64,000 nt of DNA from the human T2T-CHM13v2.0 reference genome, Homo sapiens (GCA_009914755.4 CP086569.2:3040001-3104000), one strand, 5' to 3'; positions 1 through 15,650 are shown, counted from the first letter of the stretch. Numbers and translations: made by a program. The notes: generated by a model from the sequence alone, not told the origin.

Positions 1-699
1 CAGTGCCAGTATCATTTGACTGTGTATAAAACATGTGTGGAATTTATTTTAAAATTTATTTCATAAACATACATCCAGGGATTCTGATTTGGTACTTCAT
101 ACTAAGGGTGAGGTCCAGGAATCTACACTTAACAAATTTCCTGAAAATTTGGGTATAGGCAGTCTTTGGACCTTGCTTTTTGAAACTAAGTTAAGCAGTA
201 GTTCACATACATTTTGAGCATCTGATAAAATGATTTGTGCCTATCTAATGAGATTCACTATCTTTATTTCTGTGTTAAGCCTAGATTTCCTTTTTTCTCT
301 AGAGCTTCATTCATTTAAGATGGAATTCCCTAATCCTCATTCTGTTTTTCAATCCAGTGGGAAATTGCTTTGTTTTCTTTTTCTGAAGTCCACCTTCAAT
401 TTACTGGTCCCTTTATTATTCCATAACCTTTCATGTCCCCTGTTATCTTCTTAGTGGGCTAAGGGTACAGACTCTGGAGCTTGTCTTAGTTGGAATTTGG
501 ACTGTAGAAGCTGGCTGTGCAACCATAAACAATTGGCTTAACCTCTCCTTGCTTACATTTAGTCATTTCTAAAATGGGGATGATAATAGTATTTAACACA
601 TACTTTTCTTTGGAGATTAAATGATATAATACACTTTAATTAGGGTGCCAGGGCATGGTAAGTGCTCGATAAATACTACTTATCATCTGATATCTAGCA

Positions 700-736
700 A
701 CATCATGATCATCATCGTCATGATCATCACCATCAT
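700..736. repeat. short imperfect (CATCAT/GATCAT)n microsatellite
   Basis: catcatgatcatcatcgtcatgatcatcaccatcat read directly. It produces the His/Asp-rich stretch of the minus-strand ORF 636-842, which is therefore spurious. Confidence 0.5.
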
Positions 737-1082
737 ATGATTTCCTACCAGGTTTGCTTCTTAGCTCTTCATTCTGGAGAGAGAATCTCATCTCTCTCTC
801 TCCTAAACCCAAATAAATGAATCTGATGGCTAAATGGTACAATACTAAAACTCATTACACTACTGTTCCATTAATTTTATTTTTATATAAGAGAGTATAA
901 AATATTTTTGTAGTTTAATAAATATTAATTATAAAATAAACACTCATGTAACAATAACCTGCATAGCCCTCAATGAATATATTCCCCTCCCTCAGATATA
1001 ACTTCTATCTTGATTAATCATTCTCTTACTTTTATTTGTGGTTTTATCATATACATATTCACATTTGAAAACTGTATTGTTT

Positions 1083-1391
<309 letters not shown>

Positions 1392-2190
1392 TTAGGTTTT
1401 CTGTGGCTTTGGACTTTACAATGTGCAAAGTTTAGCTATTGTAAAGTTTAGCTATTCCATATACATTACTCCGTGATTCACTTCTGCTCAAAGTTATGTT
1501 TGTGAAAAACATCCATGTTCAAGGGTAAAGGAATACCATTTTCTCTTTTTCACTCCTATGATTTATTCCATTGTATGACCACAACATAATTACATGTTCT
1601 ATTGTTGATAGATACTTGGGTTATTTAAAGTTTTTGCCATTATAAACATTGATTCCATGAATGTACTTATATAAGCTTCCTTGTGCACATAGTCAGGACT
1701 TCTCTCTGCTTGCAACTAGCAGTGAAATTGCTAAGATGGTTTAGGCAGATGCTTGAGTTTGATAAATAACATCAACATTTCTAATTAAAGTAATCATAGT
1801 CCATCTAAGTTTAATCAATTTAATCTACCATCAGAATATGAGAGTTCTTGTTGTTTTATGTCCCTGCTATAATTTTGTAATGACGTTTCTTTTTTGTCAA
1901 AATAGCTATGTATATTTTCTTCATTGTAGTTTCATTTAACCTGACCCTCATTACTAATGAGGTTCTGTATCTTCTTGTACGCTACCAGGTATTTGGGTTT
2001 GTTCTTTTTTAGTGCCTATTTAAAAGCCTGGCTTGTTATAATACGTATAGCACAGTCTTTCAGTTAAACACTGTGAGGGCTGGTTTTAGATCTCTTTTGT
2101 TGAGTATATCATTCCTTCAAGTATGCACTCATTCATTCATTTTTAAAATATTTTGAAGTAGTTACTGAAAGCAAAGTGCTAAGTAAACTC

Positions 2191-2479
2191 TTTTTTTTGG
2201 AGACAGGGTCTTGCTGTCTCACCCAGACTGGAGTATAGTGGTACAGTCACAGCTCACTGCAGCCTCAAACTCCTGGGTTCATGGTATTCTCCTACCTCTG
2301 CCTTCTGAGATGCTGGGATACAAGCACACACCACCACACTTGCCTACTCTTTTTTAAATATTTTATTTTTTGTAGATAGGGGATATCTTGCTGTATTGAC
2401 CAGGCTGGTCTCAAACTCCTGCCCTCAAGCAATTCTCCCACCTTGGCCTCCCAAAGTGTTGGGATTACAGGCATGAGCC
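2191..2479 (-). mobile_element. Alu SINE (older AluS/J-like), reverse orientation
   Basis: Leading poly-T then gagacagggtcttgctgtctcacccag ... ggcctcccaaagtgttgggattacaggcatgagcc. Flanking direct repeat agtaaactctttt on both sides (TSD). Confidence 0.9.
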
Positions 2480-2909
2480 TCAGTAAACTCTTTTATACTT
2501 ACCTGCACTTTGTAGTTGTTTTATGAACTTTAAGTGGCTAAATGAAAATTAACCTGTTTCACCCTTTGCCTCAGCTGCCAAGACCTTGAGGCCAAATATG
2601 TTAATCATTTGGAATTTCCTGCATATCTCAGAGTCCTAATAGTATACATTAGTATCTAGGAATTGGCTTCCTATACAGCAAATTGGTGAGCAATAATTTC
2701 CACATGAGGGTAAGTTAAGGAATTTAAACATGTTTATTTGCATTTTTTCATTCAAAATAAAGATAGCTTCATTGGGCCCTACATAAAAATGCATATTCTT
2801 ACAACTTAGATTACATACTTTATATGTTTTCTAATTGACAATGAGAATTAGGCACTATTTTATTGTTACTAAAATATTAATATATAGGCACAGTTGAGAA
2901 TACATAATA

Positions 2910-3504
2910 TGTGTAAAAGAAAATAAAATTTCAGGACCCTCTGAATTTATAATGCTAAGGGAGAAGTTAAGCCCTAGTGATAGAATCATATATCACTTTT
3001 GCAATTCTGCTTCTTAAATGATAGATAACCCTCTTCCTCATTGTTTTTGTTACATAAATGACTAGGAGAGACCAAAGACCAGACCTTCCCACTTTCCAAT
3101 GGAAAGTGATTCAAACATTAACATTAACAAGCTATAATGTTTGTTATAGATTAACTGTCTCCTTTTTGGTCCTGTACTTGACTCAGACTAGATGATACCC
3201 AAGACCCAATAACTGTTACATCTTTGGTGTAAAATGTTCAATATGTCTCTCTGAAAGAAAAAGACCACCTTGACTAATCAGATTATTGAAACTATGTGTT
3301 ATGCCTTACATAGAAATATGTTGAAATTCTGTTAAACTTCCCTAAACTTTGTTTATATAAGCAATCCCAAACTTTTGCTCTTTGAAACACTGATTTCCAT
3401 TTTTTTGGAATCTGTACTTCTTAGGTAGAGCATCCTCAAACTTTGTGCTTGCATAAACTCTCTTTAAACTAGATTCTGACCATTTCGATTATTTTAGGTT
3501 GACA
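2910..3504 (+). mobile_element. LTR-like interspersed repeat, copy A (unclassified family; TG...CA ends)
   Basis: ~590 bp segment homologous to 11646-12191 over its whole length (roughly 75-80 percent identity by eye, same orientation). Starts tgtgtaaaagaaaat, ends ttaggttgaca. Shared blocks include agattaactg, ttctgttaaacttcc(c/a)taaactttgtttat and agattctgacc(a/t)ttt(c/t)gattattttaggtt. Confidence 0.5.
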
Positions 3505-4927
3505 TTTTGGTAACTCAGAAGGAACCTGAAGCAAGTCTCCAAGATTCCTACCATTTTGCAGACAACTGGTGCCTTGATACCAGCGCATATGGCTTTTGTT
3601 CACCCAACCTCACCAGAGCTGGCAGGGGTCTCTGTCAAGACTCTTCTTGGGTTTCAAATCTCTCTAATTTTGGCTTGGAATTTGGGCCTTATTCAAGTGA
3701 CCTGAATCACACTCCCCAGAGCTGGAATTGAAGCTTTGCTTTTAAGGAAGGAGAATTATTTATTATTCTCTATAGAGTCTGCTGCCTGCAGATTTGTGAT
3801 TTTCATTTTCCTCTGAGGTTAAGATTTTATTTATCTTACTTATTAAAGTTTGCAATCTATTTCTCTCAGTAGAAGTTCAGTCAAGAAGAAAATGGTTTCT
3901 CTTTGAAAAGAAAAAGTGAAATTTTTGTAGCTTAAGCAACATATATGTAATCTTTAAAACTGACCAGATTCTGAGGCTTGATTAAATTGACAATTTGAAA
4001 CTTTCTTGAATGATCAAAATTCTTCACACTAGGTAATAATCTAAATTATGAGCAGTCATACCTATAAGGCCAAGTCTTTATCCTCAAGGAGAAATCCACC
4101 TTTAGACACTCCAACTGAATTTATGTAAAATACTTATGGCACCATTTCCTGTTGATATCTAGAAAAATGGTCTTACTTAATGCATGAAGACCCCGAAATG
4201 GAGTACCTTTAAAAACAGGTAGCCAGAATAGGGTAACTTTAAAATACCTAAATTTTTGTTTATCTGTGTGCTCAATGAGAAACAGCCAGCTCTAAAGTAA
4301 ACTAAAAGAACTTGAAGAGATATTTTTCAATAGTACTTAGAAGGCTGTAAAAGAGGTTCTGATAAAGTCATTTCTTTGAAGGAAGAAAACAAAATATTGT
4401 CTAAAACTATTTTTTAAATTAAAAAAGTAAACACTGAAGGCTTTCTCCCTGTCACCTCCAACTGCTCGTTTTCTTTAGCCTGGAGCTCTGAACTCATCCC
4501 TTTCTGCTTATTTCTTCAGTTCCCATACATCTTTTAGGCAGAGATTTTTGGAATTCCACTATGCACACATTTCCTTTACTCAAAAGGGGGACAATGCTTT
4601 TAAATTTGGAACAGTGGGAATAAACAGAACAACTACAGAATGAAAATGAACCTAAGATTATAAAAATACAGATCCAACAAATTATTTCTAAACCAGAAAT
4701 GATGAACAACACTGATGATATATTGATGGAACAACAGATGAATCCTTTCAATGCCCTGGTTTATTTTGTGGTCCCTTGGAGATGTGAATCTTATGAAGTC
4801 TTTGAAATGGTAATATCCAGGGAATTAGCTAAGCAGCAGTTGAGATCAGATCTGAAACAAGTGAAAATTCTTTAAATACTCAAAGTGCCTGCTTTGGATC
4901 CCATACAGGATCTGCAAAAAGCACTCT

Positions 4928-4999
4928 GCCCTGTGGTCTAGTGGTTAGGATTCTGAGCTTTCATCACTGTGAACTGTTTTCAGTCCCTCATTAGGGAAT
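4928..4999 (+). pseudogene. tRNA-Glu-like pseudogene / tRNA-derived fragment
   Basis: gccctgtggtctagtggttaggattctgagctttcatcactgtgaactgttttcagtccctcattagggaa. The 5' half (ccctg.ggtctagtggttaggattc) matches the human tRNA-Glu acceptor/D-arm and A box almost exactly, and the 3' end is ...agggaa like tRNA-Glu. The anticodon and T-arm (B box GGTTCGANTCC) are degenerate. Confidence 0.4.
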
Positions 5000-6664
5000 C
5001 AGTCTCATTTGTCTTAAATTATTTGTATGACTCCACACCTTTTAGGCACCTATTTGTTACTGAACCTTTTCCCTTCCATGGACAGCTTTCGATTTTCTGT
5101 CTTTTCATATGTGGGGCACATGGAGCTTTGGGGCCTTCATGTGTAAGTGCTCAGCTGAGAAGCTGATATCCTAGAAAATCTGGCCAGATAGAAATGTGGG
5201 TTGTATTCCATTTATGACTAGCAAGACTTTTCTTTCTTTGAGCTGTCTTTGGAGTAATTCTGGATCTTGTAAGGATTGCTTTACACGTCTTTGAAGATAT
5301 CTAGTTAATTCTTGGTTAAGTTGTAAATTTGGTTAAGGCTCACTGGTTTTGGTGGGTCACTCCACCAAAGGATACCTTTGGCTTTAAAAAAAGAAAAGTG
5401 GAATAAAGTATTTATAAAAGGTAAGCCTTCAGATAAGGTAGGCTTACTTCTTTTTCAGAGCTATCTATGATGACACTAGGCATAAAAAAATTATTTGCCT
5501 GCTTCCATAATGAGCTCCACTCCGGACTCAATAATTTTAGATAAGAAATAGAAGCTAAGTTGGCAAGACCACCCACTGAAGACAATTAGTATAAAAAGTA
5601 CATCTTTCTGGCATTTAGCTGGCTATTTTGAAATCCCTTTGTAAAAGAACTTTACAGGTATAAAGGAGATCTTCATTTGTAAGAACATCTCTCTTTCTGC
5701 ATGATGAATATATTGGCTCTAAGTTTACATAACAAACCTTACCTTTGTTCAAGATACTTTCCTGCAATTTTGTCTTGACTCAGCCTGTACCTATTTCATT
5801 CTTTCTCTCAGCAAATAATGCTGTTTACATCTAAGTTATTTGCCTTTGGGATGTAAATTTTGCCTGAGTCATGTCTTTTGGAAGAGCAAATTTACTGTTG
5901 CCTGGCTAACAATTATTTAGGGCTTGATAGTCTGAAGGAATGAGAGAAACTATTTGAAAACCAGCAAAGGAAAAACTTCGTGAAGCTATAAAATCTGCTT
6001 CTGTCTGTGTGTCTCTATGTCTATATGTTTATAGGCGACATTTCACTACCAAAACATGTGAAAGAGCTCTAAATAATTGGCTTAAAAAAAGTAAGTGCCT
6101 AAGTCAAATATTTTATCAGAAAAATAGAAACTAACTCCTCAAATGCCATTTAATTTGCATGACTTGTGTAAATCTTTGGTAAGTAAGAGTAGTTTAATAT
6201 TTTCAACTTAACAAAAACAATAATTTATTCTGTTATGAACAAAAAATGCATTCAACTTTATGATTTTTTGCTGCTATATTTGCTTAACATGCAGTAATAT
6301 AAAAATGGTAAATAAAAAATTAACGAGGTGATGGCTAGCTTAGTTTAACGAACTATTCAATCATAAATATTAGGAACAAATTAAATGAGATATAAGTTTA
6401 TAAATGAAGTTTTTACAGTTTCAAAAATATTTTAGTAATTTGATATCTTGAATTATTGTTATGTTAAATGAAGTGATAGATAAATATTTGATGACTGAGA
6501 CATTTCTAGGTAAGTTAAAATACTGAAACATTAATTATCAAATATAAGCTTAAGTTTATATAATTTGGCATATTATTTTTATATGGCATAGAAAAACTAA
6601 ATATGCTTAAATTTGTTGATAAACAAAAAAATCGAGGAAACATTTTTTAAAAATTATGAAATGG

Positions 6665-6968
6665 GGCCATGCACAGAGTGTCATGCCTGTAATTCCAGCT
6701 CTTTGGTAGGCTGATTTGGGAAGATTACTTGAGGACAGAAGTTTGAGACCAGCCTGGGAAACACAGCAAAACCTCATCGCTATCAAAAAATTTAAAAATT
6801 ACTCAGATGTGATGATGCATGCCTGTAGTTTCAGTTACTTGGGACGTTGACATGAGAGAATCCCAGATCCCTTGAGCTCAGAAGTTAGAGGTTATAGTGA
6901 GCTATGATTGTGCCAATACACTCCAGCCTGAGTAACAGAGCAAAACCTTATCGCTTAAAAATAATAAA
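6665..6968 (+). mobile_element. Alu SINE (old, AluJ-like, heavily diverged)
   Basis: ggccatgcacagagtgtcatgcctgtaattccagctctttggtaggctga ... A-rich linker ... gatgcatgcctgtagtttcagttacttgggacg ... cactccagcctgagtaacagagcaaaaccttatcgcttaaaaataataaa. Many CpG-to-TpG changes. Confidence 0.85.
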
Positions 6969-9466
6969 TACGTATACCGATTATAAAATAGTATTCTTCT
7001 ACAAATAGTGGTATAAAATGTTTTAAAATTACTTACTTTCTAGGTTTTTCACAGAAACTTAGGGTTACTGAGTTAATATTATAATTAATATATGTAATTG
7101 ATAGTACTAAATTGTACTAAGTACAATTCTAAATGCAAAATATATTTTTAAAATAGCACTTTTTGGAAAAAAGGTTATAAGAAAAACATAAATATGTGAT
7201 TTTTATTAAAGAAAAGATGATTTTTTTTCTGGTTTAAATGTTATTTGAAGTTTGTTTCAAAATGAAGTAAAATGATATGTAGAAAAAACTTTAATTGGAT
7301 CTAAAAGTTGGGGAAAGAAAAAAATGAAAAAAATTGTAAGATATTACAAATGTTGCATAAAAATCTTCTAATATGTGTTCCAAGCAAATTGAGATTAGAT
7401 GAATTTGATTTTAAGGTTTTATTAATATTAGCTTTTGTATTTTAAATACATGAATATAAAAGTAAAATTTGTGTTTTCGAACATGAATTTTGTATAGTAT
7501 TAATAAGAGATAGTAAAAGATTTGTTTCCCTTCTGAGTAAATTGCAGAAACAATAATAGAGGTGGGCAGAGACGGAGAGACATGTCCTTTTGGTATCATT
7601 CTATCTTCTGAGGATCTTTTAATTGTTTGGGAAATTGAGTCTCTATCAGGTTAATGCCCTTTGCCTTTTGAAATCTTTGAATTATCATTTTAGCTACATA
7701 AATGACATTTTACAGTGACCTGCGATCCTAATTTTAATATTAAGTGTTTCCAATCTTTGATATTTGGCATACTCCCCCAAATCAAATTTTAAATTCTAAA
7801 ATTAAGATTTTTTTTTTACGTGAACTAACTTAAATGTAACAAATAGGAATCCATGGAAGTCCAAGCAAGACATATTAGGATTATTTGGTATGTTAAAATT
7901 ATGTGGGAAGAATTCATAAATAAGAAATGGTGTTTAATTTAAGTTATATTTGTATAAATGTTATTAATGTTTTTTAAAAATTGTATGATATTCCTAAATT
8001 CTGATATGTCTTCATGTATGTTGTCAGTCATAATTAGGATTATTAAGTTAAATTGTTATATGCCACAGAAATGACCAAATTTTCTTCTCAATTGCATCTT
8101 TAAGCATGGCTAATCTAAGTCTTTTGTCACACATAAACAATTATTGTTTGATTTTTTTCAGAAAATGGTTTTCAATTCTCTACAGTTCAAAATTTGCCTT
8201 TTCTTCAAGGAAATTCATAAAAAGAAAAAGGACATTGGCAAGTACTCTTAAATAAGGATTTCTGATAACTTTGGAGATTATACCTTTCATTGGACTAGAT
8301 AAAACATTTCCAGGACTCTAATTAAAAAGCAAATACCTTTATAAGGAATGCTAAGCCAACATTAAGCAGAATAAGAATTAAATGCATGGAATTGTTATAG
8401 AATTCAGTCATTTTTTATTACTTTTTTGTTTGAAACATTGCTGATTTACTTCTTATTTTATTTTCCAGAATCAAGAAAACAATTCAATAAGAATCCATTT
8501 TCCTTGATAACAGGACACAATTGAAAACACTGGTTATTTAACCAAAGCTTCATCTGAAATGGCATATTTTACGGATATGACGAGACTGCTTTGAGGAATT
8601 TAAGTGGACCTTATAAAGTTGATAAAGAGCCCCTTAGAAAGATTGGCCTAGTACCTCATCTACTTGGTTCCCTTAGGAGCCTAGGAACCTCAAGATATTT
8701 GGGGACCTCAAGAAGAGAGAAATTCAATCAATTTATGCACATATTACAGGCATAGTGTAATGGTGAATCATTGGCTTGGTTTCCCGGTCTTAAAAGGCTT
8801 TTAGAAGTCGAATTTGAGACTCTTTATGAAAACATTCCAGCAAAGTCAACTTAAAGGACCCTATATGACCATTCATTATTCTTGTTTATGCAAATAATCA
8901 GGCCAAGTAAAATACTAAAACTTATTTTGCAAGTAAGTTGGTTTTGCTAAGATATATCTTTGGTAGAAATGGGGAACTGGGGAGAGAAAAATTATGTATC
9001 AGGGAAAATTATAACAAACCTATTATTACATTCCAGCTCTCATCATTATTTCTGAGTTTGTATTATTTTCCTACAATTTGGACTAAATCCCAAATTATTT
9101 TATGGCTACAACAGGTCTATAAAGAAGGACTGGGTTTTAATTTTCTTCATGATGTTTTTAGTTGACTCCCCAGTGAAATAGGTTTTTTGTTCTGACACAC
9201 GAATTCTCTTTTTAACTATAATCCTTATGTACACTATATTTCTGCTATGTATCTCTCATTGTTTTACTTCTCCCAAGAAAATTAACCCATAATGCTTCCA
9301 AAGATTAGAGATGATTCAATAATTAACAACAGCTGTATAAATCAGCAACTTGACTGAGGTTGCATTGTTGCCACCCTGTTCTGCCATCCTAGTTTGTCTT
9401 TTGACACTCATAAAATTCTTCAGTGAGATGTATCGTCCTCACTTTCATGGGACATGACTTCCATAG

Positions 9467-11433
<1,967 letters not shown>

Positions 11434-11556
11434 CCCAAATCAAGAATGCAATCCCATTCACAACTATCAGAGAAAAATATAACACCTAGGAATACAGCTA
11501 ACCAGGGAGGTGAATGATCTCTACAAAAAGAACTACAAAACACTGCTCAAAGAAAG
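11434..11556 (+). mobile_element. inverted 5' segment of the same L1 (ORF2 internal piece in + orientation)
   Basis: cccattcacaactatcagagaaaaatataacacctaggaatacagctaaccagggaggtgaatgatctctacaaaaagaactacaaaacactgctcaaagaaa encodes ...[33 protein letters not shown] (L1 ORF2). It sits directly against the minus-oriented L1 body, the arrangement expected from twin priming. Confidence 0.55.
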
Positions 11557-11645
11557 CGACATGGGATTTTGTCATAAATACACTACCTAAATACCTGATT
11601 CTTAGGCAATGTTTTCTCCAAAAGATTTTGAAGAAAAGTGGGATA

Positions 11646-12191
11646 TGTAAAAGAAAATGAAATTTCAGGTTCTTTTAAATGTATTATATAAAGGGCCTAT
11701 AAATCCCTAAAGTCTGAGTTACAGCATTTTTCTAATTCTGCTTCTTAAATTACAAATTAACTCCCTTTCTCATTGTTCTTGTTCTGTACATTACTAGGAG
11801 ACCAAAGAGCAGTCCTCCACCTTACAATCACTCATCTTTGTTACAGATTAACTGCCTATTTTATTTTCCTTTACCTAACTCAGACCAGATGGCATCCAAG
11901 GCCTATGATTGTTACATCACTTCTTTAGTGTGAAATGTTAAATATACCTTTCCAAAAAAAAAGCACCTCAATTATTCAGATTATTCTCATGAAGCATTAA
12001 GCCTTATATAGAAAGATGTTAGAATTCTGTTAAACTTCCATAAACTTTGTTTACATGTCATCCCAAACTTTTACACTTCAGAGCACTGACTTCCATTTTT
12101 TGAAATCTGTGCTTTGCTCATCCTCAAAATTTGTACTTGAATAAATTCCAATTAAAATAGATTCTGACCTTTTGATTATTTTAGGTTCACA
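11646..12191 (+). mobile_element. LTR-like interspersed repeat, copy B (same family as 2910-3504)
   Basis: Homologous to 2910-3504 along its whole length. Starts tgtaaaagaaaatgaaatttcagg, ends ttttaggttcaca. Confidence 0.5.
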
Positions 12192-13104
12192 TTGAATGTG
12201 TATTTCCATTCTTAAATCTTGGAATGATAATGTGTCAGACTGTCTGTAGTTTTCAGGCCACAGGTTACTAATCACTCCTCCATATGTTTCCTTTAGTATT
12301 TACAACTATCTTACTGTGCACTGTATTTTAATCTATAAGCTACCTAAATATATCTTCTGGCTAATGAGGGTAAACATTTCAAAATATGTAAGACAAGGAA
12401 TAGAGAAATGAAGAGACATATTGAAGAGAAATGGAGTTTATTTGCTTTTTCACTGACATCTTTTTCTAAGGAATACAAATTTATGTACTTTGGCAATGAT
12501 CACTCTTGACACTAAACATACTTATTTACTCTTTGAGCTGTTTCAGCAATGAAAAGATATGAGGACAGTGTTTGAGAAAGAAAGGTTCAGGTGTATATGT
12601 CCTTTATATTAGATGATATTTTTGAAAATGGCTCTTTTGGTGTTATTCATTATTGTTCAGTAGGAAGATAAACTTTTTTTTACAATTATACATAGTTTGA
12701 CTTTTAAAATAAAAGTATGAATTTAATTTTGTGATAAAAACATAAGAAAACAAAAATGTAATTAATATGCTATAAGACAAATATATTACATTAATTATAA
12801 GAGAACAATATGCCGAAGGAAATGAGCAAAGAATAAGGACAGACAGATTCTCTGTGTATGTGTGTGAGTGTGTATATATATACACACAAAAAAATTCACT
12901 AGAAATTTCTTAAGCTAAAATTAATAAATATCCTAGAAAGTAGAACCAAAGACTAAGAAATGGGAATTAGAGAAAATAAACAAAAGACCAATGAGGTTAA
13001 CTCAGGAGGTCTAACATTTGATTACTAAAAATTTATTCTAAAGACGAAATGAAAAAAATAGAGAGGAACCTATGTGACTATCGGGGGCAGGTTCCCCAAT
13101 ACTA

Positions 13105-13501
13105 GATAAAGAAAATGTGGCACATATAAACCATAGAATACTATGCAGCCATAAAAAGGAATGGGTTCATGTCCTTTGCAGGGACATGGATGAAACTAGA
13201 AACCATCATCCTTGGCAAACTAACACAGGAACAGAAAACCAAACACCGCATGTTCTAACTCATAAGTGGGAGCTGAACAATGAGAACACATGGACACAGG
13301 GAGGGGATCATCACATAATGGGGCCTGTCGTGTGGTGGTGGGAAAGGGGAGGGAGAACATTAGGACAAATACCTAATGCATACAGAGCTTAAAACCCAGA
13401 TGACAGGTCGATAGGTGCAGCAAAGGCACATATGTATCTATGTAACAAACCAGCACGTTCTGCACATGTATCCCAGAACTTAAAGTAAAATTAAAAAAAA
13501 A
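13105..13501 (+). mobile_element. L1 LINE 3' end (ORF2 C-terminus plus 3'UTR) with poly-A
   Basis: aaagaaaatgtggcacatataaaccatagaatactatgcagccataaaaaggaatgggttcatgtcctttgcagggacatggatgaaactagaaaccatcatcc ... cctaatgcatacagagcttaaaacccagatgacag ... ccagaacttaaagtaaaattaaaaaaaaa. ORF 13117-13392 translates to the canonical L1 ORF2 tail (MEYYAAIK...). Confidence 0.85.
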
Positions 13502-13550
13502 CTACAATATAACATTTTATTGATATTGATAATCACCATGAAGATCTCCC

Positions 13551-13630
13551 CTGTTGGTTCCAAGTATTTGCTATTGTGAACAGTGCTGCAATAAATATTC
13601 GTGTGCATGTGTCTTTATAGTGGAATAATC
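13551..13630 (-). mobile_element. short L1 3'UTR fragment in reverse orientation
   Basis: ctgttggttccaagtatttgctattgtgaacagtgctgcaataaatattcgtgtgcatgtgtctttatagtggaataat is the reverse complement of the L1 region ...ctataaagacacatgcacacg.atatttattgc.gcact.ttcacaatagcaaa.acttggaacc. Confidence 0.45.
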
Positions 13631-13742
13631 AAATGACAAAATTCAATTTTGTTATAGCTCTGAGGTAATGCCATCCTTGTCATACATTCTTTCGAATATT
13701 TTTGCAAGAGCAGAAAGCAGTATTGACTATAAGATGAAGTGA

Positions 13743-14040
13743 CCCGGTGCGGTGGCTCACGCCTGTAATCCCAGCACTTTGGGAGGTTCAGGTGGGCAGA
13801 TCACCTGAGGTCAGGAGTTTTAGACCAGCATGGCCAACATTTCAAAACCCCATCTATACTAAAAATACAAAAATTAGCCGGGTATGGTGGAAGGTGGACA
13901 TCTGTAATCCTAGCTACATGGGATTCTGAGGCAGGGGGAATTGCTTGAACGGGAGGCAGAGGTTGCTGTGAGCCGAGGTTGTGCCACTGCACTCCAGCCT
14001 GGGCAACAGTGCAAGACTCCATCTCAAAAAAACAAAAAAG
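13743..14040 (+). mobile_element. Alu SINE (AluS-like) with 15 bp TSD
   Basis: cccggtgcggtggctcacgcctgtaatcccagcactttgggaggttcaggtgggcagatcacctgaggtcaggagtt ... cactccagcctgggcaacagtgcaagactccatctcaaaaaaacaaaaaag. Flanked by tataagatgaagtga on both sides. Confidence 0.9.
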
Positions 14041-15477
14041 AATATAAGATGAAGTGAGGTTTAACTATGATTTTGAAATTCACTCCATTTCTTCTTTGAG
14101 CAATTAACCAAGTTCTCTGCCTTCCTTCTTTATAACATAGCTCTTCAAAAACATCTTTATGTAGTAGCTCCAATATTTTCCAAATATATTTTGAATTCAA
14201 TCCATTTATGGATTCATGTTAACCACTTTAGTACATTTACTCTTTTCAAGGTCATGATTTCTGCATTGCTAAGTTCATTGGTCAATCATCATTCTTCAAT
14301 CTATATATTCTATTTATCTTCACATAGCTTATTTAAAATAAAATGGATGGCATGAGGTTTTCTTGCCTTCTGTTTAGCTCTAAAGCATGAACTTTTAGAA
14401 GGAAAATTCCATATGGTAAATAACTGATCACTAATGCTTTTCATATAAAGAACTGACAACCACAGATAAAAACTTATCTTGAAATGCAATCAACCACCAA
14501 TAAAATTTAGACATGAAAAAATACAGTTTTCATGTCTTGGTACCAATTTATCTCTGAGCTATGGGAGTCTGCACAATAGTATATATTTGTGCCAGATTCA
14601 ATATACTTGTATGCAGTTTGATCCTGGAGCTGGGATTTGGTTTCTACATGGTATGAGGATCTGTGTTGGATTGATAAAGACTTTTTATTTTTTCTGTGAT
14701 ATTTTCCTTTTCTTTAACAAATTGAGCAAAACAGTGTCACAGACAGGTTTTTCACAGTGCCCTTCTAAAAGTGAGTGCTTTTACCTGAGATTATGATTAA
14801 ATTCACTCTGTGTCCTTTCTCTCCTCCCATCCCCTCCCCATTCTGACAAGTGACAGTTGACAGTACCTTTCAAAATTCAGTCAGCTTGCTGAATTGCCTA
14901 ATGTGAAAAAACAGAGGATTAATTACCCCATGAGCACACATCCAATATACAGAAAATGGAAAGTATTGTCAGAAAAAAATGGATACCTTTGTGAAATAAA
15001 GTTAATATTGAAAAATAGCAAATAGACAATTTTATAAGGGCTATGAACGAAGATACCTCCTTGAAACGCAGCTTAATAAATGTTGCTTTAAGTTACTACA
15101 AACATTTTTCAAGGAAAGTTATGTATCAAAACTGTAATCATTAAAATAAACCCAAATGCTCATCTTTATTGATTATATGCTCATCAGGAACAAAAAGAGT
15201 ATCAAAATCAGAAGCACAATAAAACAATCTAACTTCTATATGCTTTGAAATTCTTGTGAAAAGTACACATTTAAAAAATAAGTCTCAATTATTGCTATCA
15301 TCATTATGACATGACCACTTTGAAAACAGTGAGCATTTGCTTGGGTACTGCAATGTGATAGAAACAAATTCAAAATATTGTTTTATTAGGTGATTGATAT
15401 TATATCTTGCTGTTTTTTGTTTCACTTTCTTTTCACATAATATAGCCAAGTTTGTTTTTGTTGTTGTTGTTGGTGGT

Positions 15478-15512
15478 GGTTTTTTTGTTTGTTTGTTTGT
15501 TTGTTTGTTTTT
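15478..15512. repeat. (GTTT)n microsatellite fused to an Alu poly-T
   Basis: ttttttgtttgtttgtttgtttgtttgttttt read directly. Preceded by a (GTT)n/(GGT)n run gttgttgttgttggtggtgg. Confidence 0.8.
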
Positions 15513-15650
15513 GAGACAGGGTCTCAACTCACTCTGTTGCCCAGGTAGAAGTGCAGTGGTGCAATCATGGCTCACTGCAGCCTTAACCTCCTAGACACAA
15601 ATGATCCTCCCACCTCAGCCTCCTGAGTAGCTGAGTAGGTGGAACTACAG
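15513..15650 (-). mobile_element. 5'-truncated Alu (right monomer only), reverse orientation
   Basis: gagacagggtctcaactcactctgttgcccaggtagaagtgcagtggtgcaatcatggctcactgcagccttaacctcctagacacaaatgatcctcccacctcagcctcctgagtagctgag. The Alu consensus is lost after ~15650. Confidence 0.7.

Noticed and set aside
636-842. ORF encoding an Asp/His-rich peptide (DDHDDDDHD)
   Set aside because: It is generated by a short (CATCAT/GATCAT)n microsatellite at 700-736, with no other support.
13105-13640. Interpreting the plus L1 3' end (13105-13501) and the adjacent minus L1 fragment (13551-13630) as one twin-primed element
   Set aside because: The inverted fragment lies downstream of the poly-A tail, which is the wrong side for a 5' inversion of a plus-strand insertion. 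They are more likely two independent L1 fragments.
15394-15594. ORF with poly-Val / poly-Gly / FVCLFVCLF run
   Set aside because: It arises from (GTT)n, (GGT)n and (GTTT)n microsatellites plus an Alu poly-T, and is not coding.
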